This document shows positions 62,616 through 64,000 of a stretch of DNA of 64,000 nt, in pieces (within the stretch, counting starts at the first letter, position 1; the number at the start of each line of letters is the position of its first letter). The notes below the pieces were generated by a model. It did no database searches. It had not been told where the DNA came from and saw nothing but the letters and a program-made list of their open reading frames with translations. Position numbers and translations under genes: made by a program. The DNA comes from Nitrososphaeria archaeon (GTDB lineage: Archaea > Thermoproteota > Nitrososphaeria > JACIWG01): positions 47,930 to 111,929 of the forward strand of contig CAVVXT010000007.1 in NCBI GenBank assembly GCA_963752255.1, written 5' to 3'.

Positions 62616-62822
62616 ATGAGTTTTATTATTCATGTAATTGTTGAATTAATTGGAAATAATCCACCAAGTATTCTCTTTATCATTGCTTTCCTTACACTTA
62701 TTTATGGCTTATTTTTCAATGTAAATGTAGCAGGTTGGGTTATTTTATTTCTTGCTATTGGCGTGGTTCTTCAAGTTCTTTGGTTAATTTTTAGACAACG
62801 ATTTCGCCTTCAATTTATATAG
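62616..62822 (+). CDS. Small hydrophobic membrane protein
   Basis: 68-aa ATG ORF with two TM segments. Confidence 0.55.
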   Translation: MSFIIHVIVELIGNNPPSILFIIAFLTLIYGLFFNVNVAGWVILFLAIGVVLQVLWLIFRQRFRLQFI

Positions 62823-62865
62823 AGTATATAACGACAAAAAAAGAGATCTGGATATATTAATTTAC

Positions 62866-63345
62866 TTAATGGATTAGTTTACCTATTTTCTGAAAATGTT
62901 GATAGATTTTTAGATTTTGTGTTGCATAATCGTTCGATGGTTGGAATGTCGGGAAGAACATCCTCATAATTCGGTAGTTTTCAGGGTAATCGGGAAATTC
63001 TATAGCAATTTTTGGAGGAGGTGGTAATGCTGACATGTAAGGTGCTCTGAATACTCCGCTGTATACTTCTTTTCCGTCTATTTTAATCACAAATCCGGTG
63101 AAATTGTACAAGTTATCTCCCATATTTTTCAGTCTCTCGGAACTTTGATTGGTAAGAGTTATCTCTTGACTAGTCCAATTATATGATAAAATATCTGAAT
63201 CTGAAATCACTAAGGCATTATTTTTGGAATCATAGATCCTGAACCCACTTTCTGAGGCGCGCATCAGATAGCCTATGTAGAACGATGCAGAAATTAAAGC
63301 AACCATCACTACTAAAAGGAGACCTAACCAAATTCTCTTTTTCAC
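62866..63345 (-). CDS. Membrane-anchored hypothetical protein
   Basis: N-terminal KKR plus TM helix, then soluble domain (ISDSDILSYNWT, GKL). Confidence 0.7.
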   Translation of the reverse strand: MKKRIWLGLLLVVMVALISASFYIGYLMRASESGFRIYDSKNNALVISDSDILSYNWTSQEITLTNQSSERLKNMGDNLYNFTGFVIKIDGKEVYSGVFRAPYMSALPPPPKIAIEFPDYPENYRIMRMFFPTFQPSNDYATQNLKIYQHFQKIGKLIH

Positions 63346-63762
63346 GGTCAGTTCTTGCCTATTGACTTAGAGAACACTTGTAATATTTAAGATTGTGGGA
63401 ATATACATAATCGGAATAGGATAAGTCATCGTGAAATTTGTATTAGTTTTATATTAAGGATTAAATAAATTGAATTGTGTAGTTCCCAGTAGAACAACTA
63501 TCTTTTAGCCTTTGATACCATATGCTCTTCTTCCTAACATCGTATAGGATAGAGTATAGTTTAACCATCAAAGTAGTTTTTTAATCTCCTTTAAGTATTC
63601 TTGCAGTTGGAGATTGGCTTGTTTTGAGTGTTCCCTGCCCAAAAAAGCCCGAAAACAACCTCAAACCAGCAAAAGAGCCCGAAAAACACCCATTTAAGCA
63701 TGGGAAAAGTAGTAAATGATAAAAAAATAAAAATTTAAATAAAGCCAAGAAATTGGAATCAT

Positions 63763-64000
63763 GTGGAATTTCTAGTTTTGGGTTGTAGGGGATATGGTAA
63801 AGTACACCTTGAAGCTCTTCAAAAGTTAGGCGTGGAAGTAAGCGCTTTCGCCAGGACTGAAGGAGCATTAGAGGAGTGCTCCAAATATTCTCACTTGAAG
63901 AGGTCATTCACGGACATTAACGAAGCAATAAATTCTTCTGCTGATGTGATAGATATAGTGCTGCCTCACAGCATGCACAAAGAGATCGCCGTCAAGGCGT
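63763..64000 (+). CDS. Gfo/Idh/MocA oxidoreductase, N-terminal part (runs off the window)
   Basis: GTG start; LVLGCRGYGKVH...DVIDIVLPHSMH.E.A..A. Confidence 0.8.
   Translation, partial: MEFLVLGCRGYGKVHLEALQKLGVEVSAFARTEGALEECSKYSHLKRSFTDINEAINSSADVIDIVLPHSMHKEIAVKA

Noticed and set aside
63581-63907. 108-aa minus-strand ORF and imperfect repeat agcccgaaaa x2 (63641-63691)
   Set aside because: The ORF is antisense to the Gfo/Idh/MocA gene; the repeat is short, two-copy and without supporting structure

Overview
64 kb of archaeal chromosome, inferred from TATA-type promoters, HMG-CoA synthase/thiolase/DUF35, Trm112, an archaeal class I aldolase, AOR with a MoaD/SAMP protein, and a MutS5-like ATPase. 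Gene content suggests a non-ammonia-oxidising Thermoproteota (Nitrososphaerota/Bathyarchaeia-like) anaerobic heterotroph; this taxon call is inference. The window holds about 55 intact CDS, mainly central carbon metabolism, redox, glycosylation and transport, plus five intron-less tRNAs: Glu-TTC, Leu-GAG, Thr-CGT, Arg-TCT and Arg-CCT. I found no CRISPR array, rRNA, transposase or integrase. Most notable observations: (1) a short CysRS paralogue with a rewired Zn site and no anticodon-binding domain; (2) dispersed copies of the tRNA-Leu 3' end and its flank at 271-319 and 11408-11476 that look like att scars; (3) two inward-facing tRNA-Arg genes forming a perfect 34-bp inverted repeat around an 8.7-kb block with bacterial-type pgi-zwf; (4) decayed tkt and rpe genes alongside intact pgi-zwf and PPi-PFK/FBA; (5) an rmlC::rmlA deletion chimera; (6) many gene fragments in intergenic spaces. 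All calls come from reading motifs by eye; no searches were run.
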